This document shows, piece after piece, positions 17,549 to 25,486 of a stretch of DNA of 60,174 bases. Each line of letters starts with the position of its first letter. The first letter of the stretch is position 1. The stretch spans positions 1 through 60,174 of IMG/VR virus record IMGVR_UViG_3300007276_005408; one strand, given 5' to 3'. Source of the DNA: a virus. Lineage: Duplodnaviria > Caudoviricetes. The notes beneath the pieces were generated by a model, which was not told the origin of the DNA, did no database searches, and worked only from the letters and a program-made list of their open reading frames with translations. The translations under genes were made by a program, and so were the position numbers.

Positions 17549-17794
17549 TTATATTTCTGGATCTTTTTCGTCCCAATAGTTATCGAATGGCTTGTTTATT
17601 TTGGTCTCGTACATATCATCCCCACACTCCAAACCATCTTCGTCTATCCCGATGTTGAAGTAATCCCATACATACCTTTGTAGGTCTTTCGAATTGATGT
17701 AAAGTCCGTAGTGGGTGCGGGGGCGTGTGGTGGAAAACGACTCTTGGTCTTTGCTTATTCGCTTGAAGAGATATTCCCCTAACTTGTTTACCAT
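17549..17794 (-). CDS. hypothetical protein
   Basis: 81 aa coupled ORF. Confidence 0.6.
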   Translation of the reverse strand: MVNKLGEYLFKRISKDQESFSTTRPRTHYGLYINSKDLQRYVWDYFNIGIDEDGLECGDDMYETKINKPFDNYWDEKDPEI

Positions 17795-18069
17795 ACATTT
17801 TTCGTGTGTAAGATTTTACCGATAGGTAAACAATAATGGTCATCTTCTAAGTAGAAGCCTTCGTAGGTAACAATCATAATAGGTGCTACTTTGGCGTATC
17901 CGTTACGAAATTGAATAACATCGTAACTTCTTCCTTCGAGTCTCTTACTCCAATACGGAGTGACATCTCTATATTCGATAAGCTTTTCACCAGCTAGGAT
18001 TTGCTCAAAGTAAGTTCTATATAGATTCAGGTGTAATACGGATCTTGTAATGTGTAAATGGTTACCCAA
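17788..18069 (-). CDS. ASCH-domain protein
   Basis: FEQILAGEKLIEYR...FRNGY signature. Confidence 0.85.
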   Translation of the reverse strand: MGNHLHITRSVLHLNLYRTYFEQILAGEKLIEYRDVTPYWSKRLEGRSYDVIQFRNGYAKVAPIMIVTYEGFYLEDDHYCLPIGKILHTKNVW

Positions 18070-18188
18070 TCATAATACCTATAACAAATCCAAATGTGAA
18101 TATAACAACTAACCATAAGTGCGATACAGTAACGGTCTTCTTTCTTTGTAACAGTTGGTCTAACATCTTGTTTCTCATACTTCCTTTC

Positions 18189-18464
18189 CTACTTGAGTAG
18201 ATTACTCCATTGTAATAGCTTGAGCTTCTTCATTTGAATTCGATTATTCAAATCACGAGTATTGACTAACCCGCGCTCTTTCATAAGTTCTATCATAGTA
18301 AGTACATCACCGACTTCTTCGTTTAGTCGGTCATTGTTCTCATACTCTTCACAACGAATAGCTTTACTACAAGCCTCTATCATCTCACCACATTCTTCCA
18401 TAGCGATGACCAAAAGCTCGGTATTGTAATCTAACTTCTTATTTATTGACGGTTTCTTTTCCAT
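18189..18464 (-). CDS. MazG-like NTP pyrophosphohydrolase
   Basis: MEECGEMIEACSK...EEVGDV motifs. Confidence 0.85.
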   Translation of the reverse strand: MEKKPSINKKLDYNTELLVIAMEECGEMIEACSKAIRCEEYENNDRLNEEVGDVLTMIELMKERGLVNTRDLNNRIQMKKLKLLQWSNLLK

Positions 18465-18606
18465 TGATTTCCTCTTCTAATGCACATTTCAAGTGCGTGT
18501 ATTGGTTTACTAAATAATCATATTCCGTGTGGTAGGTACTGCCACCACATAAGGTACATACCCATAAGTCTCTTGGTTTCATATTCGAAAATAATTCTAA
18601 TTGCAT
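18439..18606 (-). CDS. small Zn-binding protein (55 aa)
   Basis: Hand translation with CTLC...HLKC. Confidence 0.6.
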   Translation of the reverse strand: MQLELFSNMKPRDLWVCTLCGGSTYHTEYDYLVNQYTHLKCALEEEINGKETVNK

Positions 18607-18608
18607 GT

Positions 18609-18932
18609 CTAACTTCCTCGTGTTGTATAATAAATATAAGTGCTATCATCCCATACGGCTTGTATCTTTTCCCAAGTATGATGAGTAGCACAATAACGTG
18701 TAACCTTCTGTAAATGTAATAACCTTATCTCTTCCTTGTATAGGTGCTGAATCCCTCTCTTATCCTGTAAGGGTATATAACCCACCGTAGTACATCCCAC
18801 TAAAACCAAAAGTACCCAAAGTCTCTCTACGAGAGAACTATACCCGACGCGCTTCACAATACTCTCCAGTAGTTTCAGAATAAAATTTATAGATAGGTTG
18901 AACATCTTTCCATAGCCAGGACTCAAACCCAT
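18609..18932 (-). CDS. putative lipoprotein (true start probably downstream)
   Basis: Lipobox-like LLVLVGC. Confidence 0.45.
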   Translation of the reverse strand: MGLSPGYGKMFNLSINFILKLLESIVKRVGYSSLVERLWVLLVLVGCTTVGYIPLQDKRGIQHLYKEEIRLLHLQKVTRYCATHHTWEKIQAVWDDSTYIYYTTRGS

Positions 18933-19029
18933 AGACGATGAAGCTGATTAGAGATGAGTAGCTGTTATATAACATTTGATGTATTTTTTTTATCATTATG
19001 ATACCATTTTTTATCAAGTTCCTATAGTG

Positions 19030-19060
19030 AAAAAAACCTGCCTGTATATAAGCGTAGGTA
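19030..19060 (-). terminator. intrinsic terminator
   Basis: Minus strand ACCTACGC...GCAGGT hairpin followed by a T run. Confidence 0.6.
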
Positions 19061-19137
19061 AGAGCCTCTGACTTTTTGTCATAGGTCTTCCGATTCACTA
19101 GCAATTGCCTCAGGTGGCCCTGTAGTCTGTCAATTTG

Positions 19138-19365
19138 TCAAGCTTCTCCAATTATCATATCGAACTCACTTTTGAAGTATTCCCTATCCACCATGATGCT
19201 GGGAACGGAAGCCTCAAATAGTTCAGGGTCTTCTTTCATAATACTTAGGATTTCTCCCGTACTGAATATACTTACCATATGCTCTTCGGCTTTGTGTAGC
19301 AGATAGTCCATCTGCTCTTTAGTTACTTTCATCTTTTTGAAGTCTACTTTCTTTTTTTCTTTCAT
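19138..19365 (-). CDS. hypothetical protein, probably leaderless
   Basis: ATG 3 nt after the TACTTATA motif (19369..19376). Confidence 0.7.
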   Translation of the reverse strand: MKEKKKVDFKKMKVTKEQMDYLLHKAEEHMVSIFSTGEILSIMKEDPELFEASVPSIMVDREYFKSEFDMIIGEA

Positions 19366-19409
19366 GTATATAAGTATCTACTTACTTTAGCAAAAATCTT
19401 TTTATCTTA

Positions 19410-19891
19410 CCGCTGCTATAAAACTAGCGGAGGGGGGAGTCTCTTATTGACATTGGAAGTCCCCCCACCTAGGGAAATGTGTCTGCCTGTCCATCGGGCT
19501 TCAAACCGTCTGTTACACCCATCACCATTTAGCATATTTATCGGGTCGTTTTTTGGCTCTTCAGTTCAGACACTATTGATTCAATTCTTTGTCGGTATTT
19601 GTATCAGTTCCGACTTCTGAATCTAAAGGTGGGGATTCGAACCCCACAGCCTTACTAACGGACTAATCAGGCAATCACTCCCTTTTGTCCTCAGACAACC
19701 TCTTACCTCAAGAGATGATTAGTCTCTATCAACGGCCTTCTAAAGCCGTACCTTACTCAGTTTGATATCCTATATCTGGCATTTCAGCCCCTTTCGGTAC
19801 GATGTCTTTTTGGGACTCCAGAAGTCTCCGACATTTTGTCAGAGAATCTAACAGTGACTCTCAATCTTAGTCCCTAATTCTTTTAGTGTCT
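19410..19891 (-). ncRNA. large ornate structured non-coding RNA candidate (~480 nt), family unassigned
   Basis: No ORF; many nested helices; T-loop hairpin GTGGGGTTCGAATCCCCAC; preceded by a promoter and a boxA-like element. Confidence 0.75.
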
Positions 19892-19897
19892 TACAAA

Positions 19898-19910
19898 TTT
19901 TCAAAGAACA
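19898..19910 (-). promoter_or_regulatory. boxA-like antitermination element TGTTCTTTGAAAA
   Basis: Resembles rrn-leader boxA; lies between the promoter and the structured RNA. Confidence 0.65.
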
Positions 19911-19946
19911 ACCAACCCATCAAAATCTCTCCCCAACCAACATATA

Positions 19947-19975
19947 AAGCTACAACAAAAAAAGCAGAAAAACAA
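19947..19975 (-). promoter_or_regulatory. class A promoter TTGTTT-N17-TAGCTT driving the ncRNA
   Basis: Same -10 box and spacing as the other class A copies. Confidence 0.7.
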
Positions 19976-20007
19976 GGACTTTCTGCAATTATTTCCAGAT
20001 ATATCTT

Positions 20008-20100
20008 GAAGTGCTTTAGCTGCCAGTCGGTAGGATCTATCCGATCCCGCTGGGTAGACAATCCAAGCTTCATCTGTCGCTCAGACAGCGCGGTTGTACA
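20008..20100 (-). ncRNA. small GC-rich structured RNA candidate
   Basis: CTGTC/GACAG hairpin plus a long bulged rod 20008..20071; AATTTATA motif immediately upstream. Confidence 0.45.
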
Positions 20101-20134
20101 CTATAAATTACAAAGGATTTGGCTAATAAACAAG

Positions 20135-20665
20135 CTAAATATCTTGTGAACTAGAAATATCTGAGGAGAATAGGCCATTTACAGCCTTGGTAAAGGATTC
20201 CACATTAGACGGAACAGAAGGACCTTTTTGATCCAGCTTGAGTAAGTAGTAACAATTGTAACATAGTAAGCGTAGGTTGCTAAAATCCTTATTGGTGTCG
20301 TCATTATCTAAGTAATCTAACTGTAAAGGCTTAGTCATATCAGAGGTTCTATACTCCTCATACCCACAATTACTGCAACATTCTTCCAGATAACCCTCGC
20401 GTACTAATCTATACTGAAGTTTCGTGGTAGAATAATTAGGATTCTTACCGCTAAGTATATCAGCTATCTCAGTAGGCTTGAATCCTCTTGGTAATCCTGT
20501 ATTCATAGTACGAGGACCACTTGGATTAGGTTGCCATAAATCATATTGTACGGCGTACTTTTTAAAAGTGTTATAAGCTACATTTAGCAATAGGCTGGCT
20601 TGTTTCATACTACGCGTTTCATTTATCGCCCATTGTATTCTATCTTTACTAAGTCTGCTACTCAT
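20135..20665 (-). CDS. HTH plus degenerate HNH zinc-binding protein
   Basis: N-terminal HTH-like SMKQASLLLNVAYNTFKKY; CSNC...LQLDYLDND...NLRLLCYNC lacking the usual His residues; GGAGG RBS before ATG 20665. Confidence 0.75.
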   Translation of the reverse strand: MSSRLSKDRIQWAINETRSMKQASLLLNVAYNTFKKYAVQYDLWQPNPSGPRTMNTGLPRGFKPTEIADILSGKNPNYSTTKLQYRLVREGYLEECCSNCGYEEYRTSDMTKPLQLDYLDNDDTNKDFSNLRLLCYNCYYLLKLDQKGPSVPSNVESFTKAVNGLFSSDISSSQDI

Positions 20666-20988
20666 CTGAGCCTCCTGTGACATATTGACATACTAAGTTT
20701 ATCAAAATGCTAGAAAAAAATTTGCTGTCATAATGACATACACACACTATATTATTCTAGTATCCTGTATATAATATATATCAATAAGTGTCAATTATCA
20801 GTAGTAATCCCTTGACACCATATCATTCTACTATATCAAAAAGACATCACCCTGTCCTATTGGATACTCCTATTTCCGTCAGGAACGCTATGTATCTAGC
20901 GGACAGAGAAGTATCTAACTTTATTTACTTACCAAACTTACAGAATTATACCCCCCAAAGAGCATTATACCTTACTTACCTACAGGGC

Positions 20989-21020
20989 AAAAAGAAAGGG
21001 TAGCAATTACTTACTACCCT
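20989..21020 (-). terminator. intrinsic terminator after the TonB-C gene
   Basis: Minus strand AGGGTAG...CTACCCT stem followed by TTCTTTTT. Confidence 0.7.
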
Positions 21021-21043
21021 GACTTCTTATCTATCTTACTAGC

Positions 21044-21352
21044 TTACTTTACTACTATAGGCAAACTATATCTTACCTCTACAGGTGTACCGTTCTGAAA
21101 AGCTGGAGAGAACTTCATATCTCTTACGGCCTCTCTTACTACGGGATTTAGTCTGATATCGAATGTATCTACCACTTGAATCTTACCGACTTTCCCTTTT
21201 GCATCGATAATAAAATTTACCAATACCCTACCACGACTTTCTTCTACCGTTTGAATTACTTCTTTAGTATCCAAATAGAAAGACCTGATGATTGAGGGTT
21301 CTTTGGTAACTCCCATCATAGCGTTAGCAGCTAATAGTATGTTCAACAACAT
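21044..21352 (-). CDS. stand-alone TonB C-terminal domain protein
   Basis: GRVLVNFIIDAKGKV...EAVRDMKFSPAFQNGTPV...LPI signature; short hydrophobic N-terminus and no Pro-rich linker. Confidence 0.85.
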   Translation of the reverse strand: MLLNILLAANAMMGVTKEPSIIRSFYLDTKEVIQTVEESRGRVLVNFIIDAKGKVGKIQVVDTFDIRLNPVVREAVRDMKFSPAFQNGTPVEVRYSLPIVVK

Positions 21353-21536
21353 TACTCTATTCCTTTACAACTCATGCGATAGATTATATACTTAGAACTT
21401 AGTGCTAGTACTTTATATCCATTCACTCAAGTAACTTTTATTTTACTATATAGGTAAACCGATTACGATTTCAACCTACGACACCGAGCCGAATCCGGTG
21501 TTCTTATTTATATATATAAGAGTGAACTTAAATTAT

Positions 21537-21677
21537 TTAGGTATTTTTCCACCATAGCCTCCCTAAGTAAGAAAGAAGTCCCATCAAGTATCCTACTTGG
21601 ATTGCCTGATGAATACTTTGTGTCTGTGAGTATTGGTAGGCTGTAACCACTATAGCTATTATAATGGTATATCTCAT
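21537..21677 (-). CDS. small membrane protein (46 aa)
   Basis: Hand translation MRYTIIIAIVVTAYQYSQTQSIHQAIQVGYLMGLLSYLGRLWWKNT; TATTTATA at 21683..21690. Confidence 0.55.
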   Translation of the reverse strand: MRYTIIIAIVVTAYQYSQTQSIHQAIQVGYLMGLLSYLGRLWWKNT

Positions 21678-21843
21678 TACTATATAAATATCCACTAACA
21701 ACGATTCTCTTCGATGGGAAGAGGCTTGTTTAGTGGTGGATACTATTAGGTACTATGGTTGATGAAATCTTCTTTGAAGATTTTATCTCATTGATAGGGC
21801 GTTACGAATCTCAAGCGATAGGCGTATTCATCGAGCTGCGTCT

Positions 21844-22053
21844 CTAATCCAACACCCAATCCCCATCTTCGACATCGTCCCAATCTCCCATCCCATCGGA
21901 CACCTCTGTATATCGTTCATTTCCACCAAGTAGATATCCCATATAGTCATCTTCCATCAGTTCCACATTAGGTTTTTCTTTTACACCATCAAGCTCACCG
22001 ACATCTTTATTCATATCCAGTATGGCCTGTAGTTTTGGGTCTGTTGTTTTCAT
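21844..22053 (-). CDS. hypothetical acidic protein
   Basis: 69 aa ORF. Confidence 0.65.
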   Translation of the reverse strand: MKTTDPKLQAILDMNKDVGELDGVKEKPNVELMEDDYMGYLLGGNERYTEVSDGMGDWDDVEDGDWVLD

Positions 22054-22054
22054 T

Positions 22055-22240
22055 TTATAGTCCTTTTATTTTATTATCTGTTATCAAATATATCAACATA
22101 TTCGTACCTAGCTCATCTTGCTTCCCTTTCAACATATCTTCTTTATCATTGTCTTTAGCCCATTGGTTGAACATCTTTGTTAGTTTCATCAATTTTTTAG
22201 ACATCTCTGCAGATACATAGTCTCTTTTATCCGCCATCAC
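22055..22240 (-). CDS. hypothetical protein
   Basis: 61 aa ORF with AGGAGA RBS. Confidence 0.65.
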   Translation of the reverse strand: MMADKRDYVSAEMSKKLMKLTKMFNQWAKDNDKEDMLKGKQDELGTNMLIYLITDNKIKGL

Positions 22241-22307
22241 ATTTCTCCTATTATTATTATTAGAATTATAAATGGTAGACTAGCTACCAACATTAGTATG
22301 ATTACAT

Positions 22308-22472
22308 TTAGCAATGTAGAGCCTCAGCAACCATACACTCACCTATCTCTTCAGCTAAATGTTCAAGCTCCTCGTCATCATCGTCCTCGTAGACACCACA
22401 ATGGTCAAGGCATTCTGAACAGATATCGTAGTCATCATAGACCATTTCTCCACAGCATTCTGAATATAACAT
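22308..22472 (-). CDS. small Cys-rich Zn-binding protein (54 aa)
   Basis: Hand translation MLYSECCGEMVYDDYDICSECLDHC...; AAGGAG RBS. Confidence 0.65.
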   Translation of the reverse strand: MLYSECCGEMVYDDYDICSECLDHCGVYEDDDDEELEHLAEEIGECMVAEALHC

Positions 22473-22486
22473 ATATTACTCCTTTT

Positions 22487-22873
22487 TTATATTAGGTAGT
22501 TGGGACCAGTCCAACTATAAAATTTATCGTTTGAAAATATAGAACCCCTAGACCACTTAGCCGGAGCTCTCCATCCAGCGGCTTTGAATACATCACCTTT
22601 TCTATGTGGTATTCCCTTATGAGTTCCATCACAATTAGCGATGAATCCCCATACTGAACCATTAGTTATTATCTTAGTATACTTCCTACCAATTTTCATA
22701 TTGACATTCGTATTGAACTCATCAATCATTTTTTGTCTAATACTTTTTCCTGGCTCATCTAAGTCATTAGGATTACTACTCCACCCAGCATAATCTTTTT
22801 TGATACCGACTATTAGGTTATCGATAGCGTCCCAAAAGTCTATCGTTGAATTTTTATCATATACTTTACTCAT
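22487..22873 (-). CDS. conserved T4-like phage hypothetical protein
   Basis: GRKYTKI...SVWGFI...GDVFKAAGWRAPAK pattern. Confidence 0.75.
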   Translation of the reverse strand: MSKVYDKNSTIDFWDAIDNLIVGIKKDYAGWSSNPNDLDEPGKSIRQKMIDEFNTNVNMKIGRKYTKIITNGSVWGFIANCDGTHKGIPHRKGDVFKAAGWRAPAKWSRGSIFSNDKFYSWTGPNYLI

Positions 22874-23086
22874 TTATTTGCCTCTATTTCTCTCGCTTCT
22901 TCTTCTATTTCTTCCCAAGTAATATTGTACTCACTAACTACCTTACCAATTTTGAAAGCATCCTCTGTACTATGTGGTGCTGGATTATCCCAATCATACA
23001 TAGCTAGATAACTAACCAGCCCTATACTCTCTCCATTATCATACTGAATGGTATCTCCATCTAACTTAGCGTTTATACTATCTAAT

Positions 23087-23263
23087 CTATATACCCATGT
23101 GAACCTCAGCTTTCATTTCCCAGTAATCAGCCTCTTTATCAGCAAGCTTCTCTACCAACTCATCCATACCACATTTAGGTTCTGGTTCTATACCAATGAC
23201 TTTATCCATTTCAGCGAAGAAGTCATCCATATCATTTTTTATTTCTTTTAGTATTTCTTTCAT
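23087..23263 (-). CDS. small acidic protein (58 aa)
   Basis: Hand-translated ORF directly behind a class A promoter. Confidence 0.6.
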   Translation of the reverse strand: MKEILKEIKNDMDDFFAEMDKVIGIEPEPKCGMDELVEKLADKEADYWEMKAEVHMGI

Positions 23264-23286
23264 AATTTCCCTTTATCTTACACCTA

Positions 23287-23315
23287 AAGCTACAACAGAA
23301 TATGCTAACAAACAA
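23287..23315 (-). promoter_or_regulatory. class A promoter TTGTTT-N17-TAGCTT
   Basis: Repeat copy with TTAGCA in spacer. Confidence 0.7.
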
Positions 23316-23424
23316 GGATTATTTCTTGATTTACTCATCTTTTTCTTGTTATACTTCGTTAGCGACATACTGGCATTATCAGTAAATATCACTAACGAAA
23401 GCATAATTATCTTACTCAACCTTT

Positions 23425-23727
23425 TCAAACAAACTCCATTCCATTCATAGCAGCGTCAAACTCAGGATGATTCATAATAGAGTGATTATCTAAGTAATCC
23501 CTCTCTAAATCATTCATCAAATTAGCCTGCCCTTCCTTACTCATCCAATTGAACCTATGAAAGTTCTCTCCAACTTCACCCCACTCATTCTCACCGATCC
23601 TCGTCATCTCAACGATTTTGATACTATTAGAAACAGAAGAAAGAACATACTCTACAATGAGTTTGTTTCCTTCAAAGTTAGAGGAAGAATCGAACTTCCC
23701 AAGCTGTTTTTCAAAAATGTGTGTCAT
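23425..23727 (-). CDS. hypothetical protein
   Basis: 100 aa ORF with AAGGA RBS. Confidence 0.7.
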   Translation of the reverse strand: MTHIFEKQLGKFDSSSNFEGNKLIVEYVLSSVSNSIKIVEMTRIGENEWGEVGENFHRFNWMSKEGQANLMNDLERDYLDNHSIMNHPEFDAAMNGMEFV

Positions 23728-23728
23728 A

Positions 23729-23917
23729 CTATTTGTTTTCCTTTTTTCTATTGAATAAAAAATCTAAAATATTATTGGCAGTTTCGTTCTCTTCAACTAT
23801 CTCATTGAGGTTGTCAAATAGATTTAGCTGATTTTTATGATTACCATAATCAGTTCTCTCAACTAAATCACCAAAAGCATTTATCACTAAGTTCTTCATA
23901 TTTTCTCCGTATCTCAT
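23729..23917 (-). CDS. hypothetical protein
   Basis: 62 aa ORF behind a promoter; contains QLNLF (clamp-binding-like) peptide. Confidence 0.6.
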   Translation of the reverse strand: MRYGENMKNLVINAFGDLVERTDYGNHKNQLNLFDNLNEIVEENETANNILDFLFNRKKENK

Positions 23918-23922
23918 ATAAG

Positions 23923-23952
23923 ATCATACGCAAAAATATGCACATGAGTCAA
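23923..23952 (-). promoter_or_regulatory. sigma70-like promoter TTGACT-N18-TATGAT
   Basis: Intergenic variant of the class A promoter. Confidence 0.6.
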
Positions 23953-23986
23953 GGACTTTTGGTATTTATTTCTTGTTTATTTTATT

Positions 23987-24268
23987 TTATGTGAATAAGT
24001 CGTATAACTGTTTGAAGAATAACCCTATGAACCCAGCACCGATTGTCATGCGCCATTTCTGTGAATCTTCTCGGTATCTGGTATTGTCTTTTGTTTCAGC
24101 CCACAATCCTTCATGCGGATTGAACATATTCTCTTTGATGAATCGAAGCGACTCTTCTGTTTTACCATGAGCCATAGACATATCGTGCTTCATATCGTCT
24201 ATGTCTTTTTTGATATCGTCAATCTTATTGTGAATCAAATCGAATTCTTTTCTATCAGTAGCATTCAT
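23987..24268 (-). CDS. coiled-coil protein with C-terminal transmembrane helix (XhlA/holin-like architecture)
   Basis: Heptad N-terminus and hydrophobic C-terminus; ATG 3 nt after TAATTATA. Confidence 0.6.
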   Translation of the reverse strand: MNATDRKEFDLIHNKIDDIKKDIDDMKHDMSMAHGKTEESLRFIKENMFNPHEGLWAETKDNTRYREDSQKWRMTIGAGFIGLFFKQLYDLFT

Positions 24269-24276
24269 ATCTATAA

Positions 24277-24537
24277 TTATTCACCTACTTTGATTTTATT
24301 TGCTCGAACTACTCTTTTTCTTCTTTTTCTTGGCTTTGGTTTGGATTGATTTTCTAGTCTGAATATCTCTTCCTTTAGAGCTTCTCTTACAGCCCTATCT
24401 TGATATATTCTTGCCTCTAAATCAGCTATCCTACTAGCGGCACCAAATGATGATGCCACTATTCCAGCTATAAATCCAATAAGTATTCCTAACCATACCC
24501 AACCTATTGTTGCCATATTATTTACCAGCCAATCCAT
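24277..24537 (-). CDS. membrane-anchored coiled-coil protein
   Basis: N-terminal TM helix, heptads and basic tail. Confidence 0.65.
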   Translation of the reverse strand: MDWLVNNMATIGWVWLGILIGFIAGIVASSFGAASRIADLEARIYQDRAVREALKEEIFRLENQSKPKPRKRRKRVVRANKIKVGE

Positions 24538-24640
24538 TACTTACCTTTTTTCTTATCCTGTGATAACTTTTCAGCTATTGCTGTTATTTTCTTTTCTATT
24601 GACGCTAATAAATTGACAATAGCATTTGCCTGTTGTTCAT

Positions 24641-25408
24641 TCATGATGATACTCCTGTTTGTTTATGTACTTCTACTTTTATAACTTCTGACTCTGTTAT
24701 ATTTCTTACTTTAGGGTATGGTAACAGTGGATGTTTCATAGTCTTCATGGCCATTCTCTTATCACTTTTATTACCGAGCAAGTAAACATACCTATGTTTC
24801 CTCATCTCCCTTTTTACCCAAAAATCTTTCTCAACTAAACTTTTCATTTTCTTTATATCGTTTGTCCCGTAATATGGAAATATGGTTCTTCCATGCTGCC
24901 ACTTACCATCTTCTTCAAACTTATATAACCAACTCTCCGTCCACCTCAGATTATCTCCTTGATACAACCAATTGGTTGCCTGATATACAGTACCAACATG
25001 ACCTCTCATTGGGTCTGAATATGATATGAGAGCTTTTATCTTTTGTTTATACTTCTTTAGCCATCTGAAACTCTCTCCTATTAGATAAGACTCAGCATTA
25101 CTACCATACCCATCATGTACAAATAATCTAACCAACTCATATACTGACTTTCTATCTATTGAAGTTGCTATTGAAGCACCTGAATGTCTACCTATTGGGT
25201 CTCCATAACATATCGTACCGATTAGTTTTTCTTCTTTACCCTCAAAAAATGTATGTTCATTATCTGTAGTATAATATAAACCCAAAGCAACAGAACATTT
25301 AGTCCATTGTTTTGAATAGTGGTTAGCAACAATCATTTCTTTTGCTAACATTCTAGGTATTTCTCTAACAGATAATCTGCTAGAATCTACATACTTTTCT
25401 ATAGCCAT
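24641..25408 (-). CDS. Mom-like GNAT DNA-modification protein (copy 3)
   Basis: NHYS, YELVRL, NAESY, LISYSD, GHVGTVYQATNWLYQG and KHRYVY motifs. Confidence 0.8.
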   Translation of the reverse strand: MAIEKYVDSSRLSVREIPRMLAKEMIVANHYSKQWTKCSVALGLYYTTDNEHTFFEGKEEKLIGTICYGDPIGRHSGASIATSIDRKSVYELVRLFVHDGYGSNAESYLIGESFRWLKKYKQKIKALISYSDPMRGHVGTVYQATNWLYQGDNLRWTESWLYKFEEDGKWQHGRTIFPYYGTNDIKKMKSLVEKDFWVKREMRKHRYVYLLGNKSDKRMAMKTMKHPLLPYPKVRNITESEVIKVEVHKQTGVSS

Positions 25409-25486
25409 ATAGTATTTGCCATAACTAGCCCTATTAGATATCCCACCATAACTCCTATTGCTATGCCCATAACCATATACTCTAAG

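Noticed and set aside
19620-19700. tRNA gene suggested by the GGTTCGAATCC T-arm
   Set aside because: No D-arm, anticodon arm, properly spaced acceptor stem or CCA; the hairpin is embedded in a larger structure
19410-19891. tmRNA or RNase P identity for the large RNA
   Set aside because: GGGGCTGA occurs internally but has no complementary acceptor ending CCA after the T-arm; no GAGGAAAGTCC RNase P signature
19891-20073. 60 aa minus-strand ORF
   Set aside because: Runs through a hairpin, the class A promoter and boxA; better explained as non-coding
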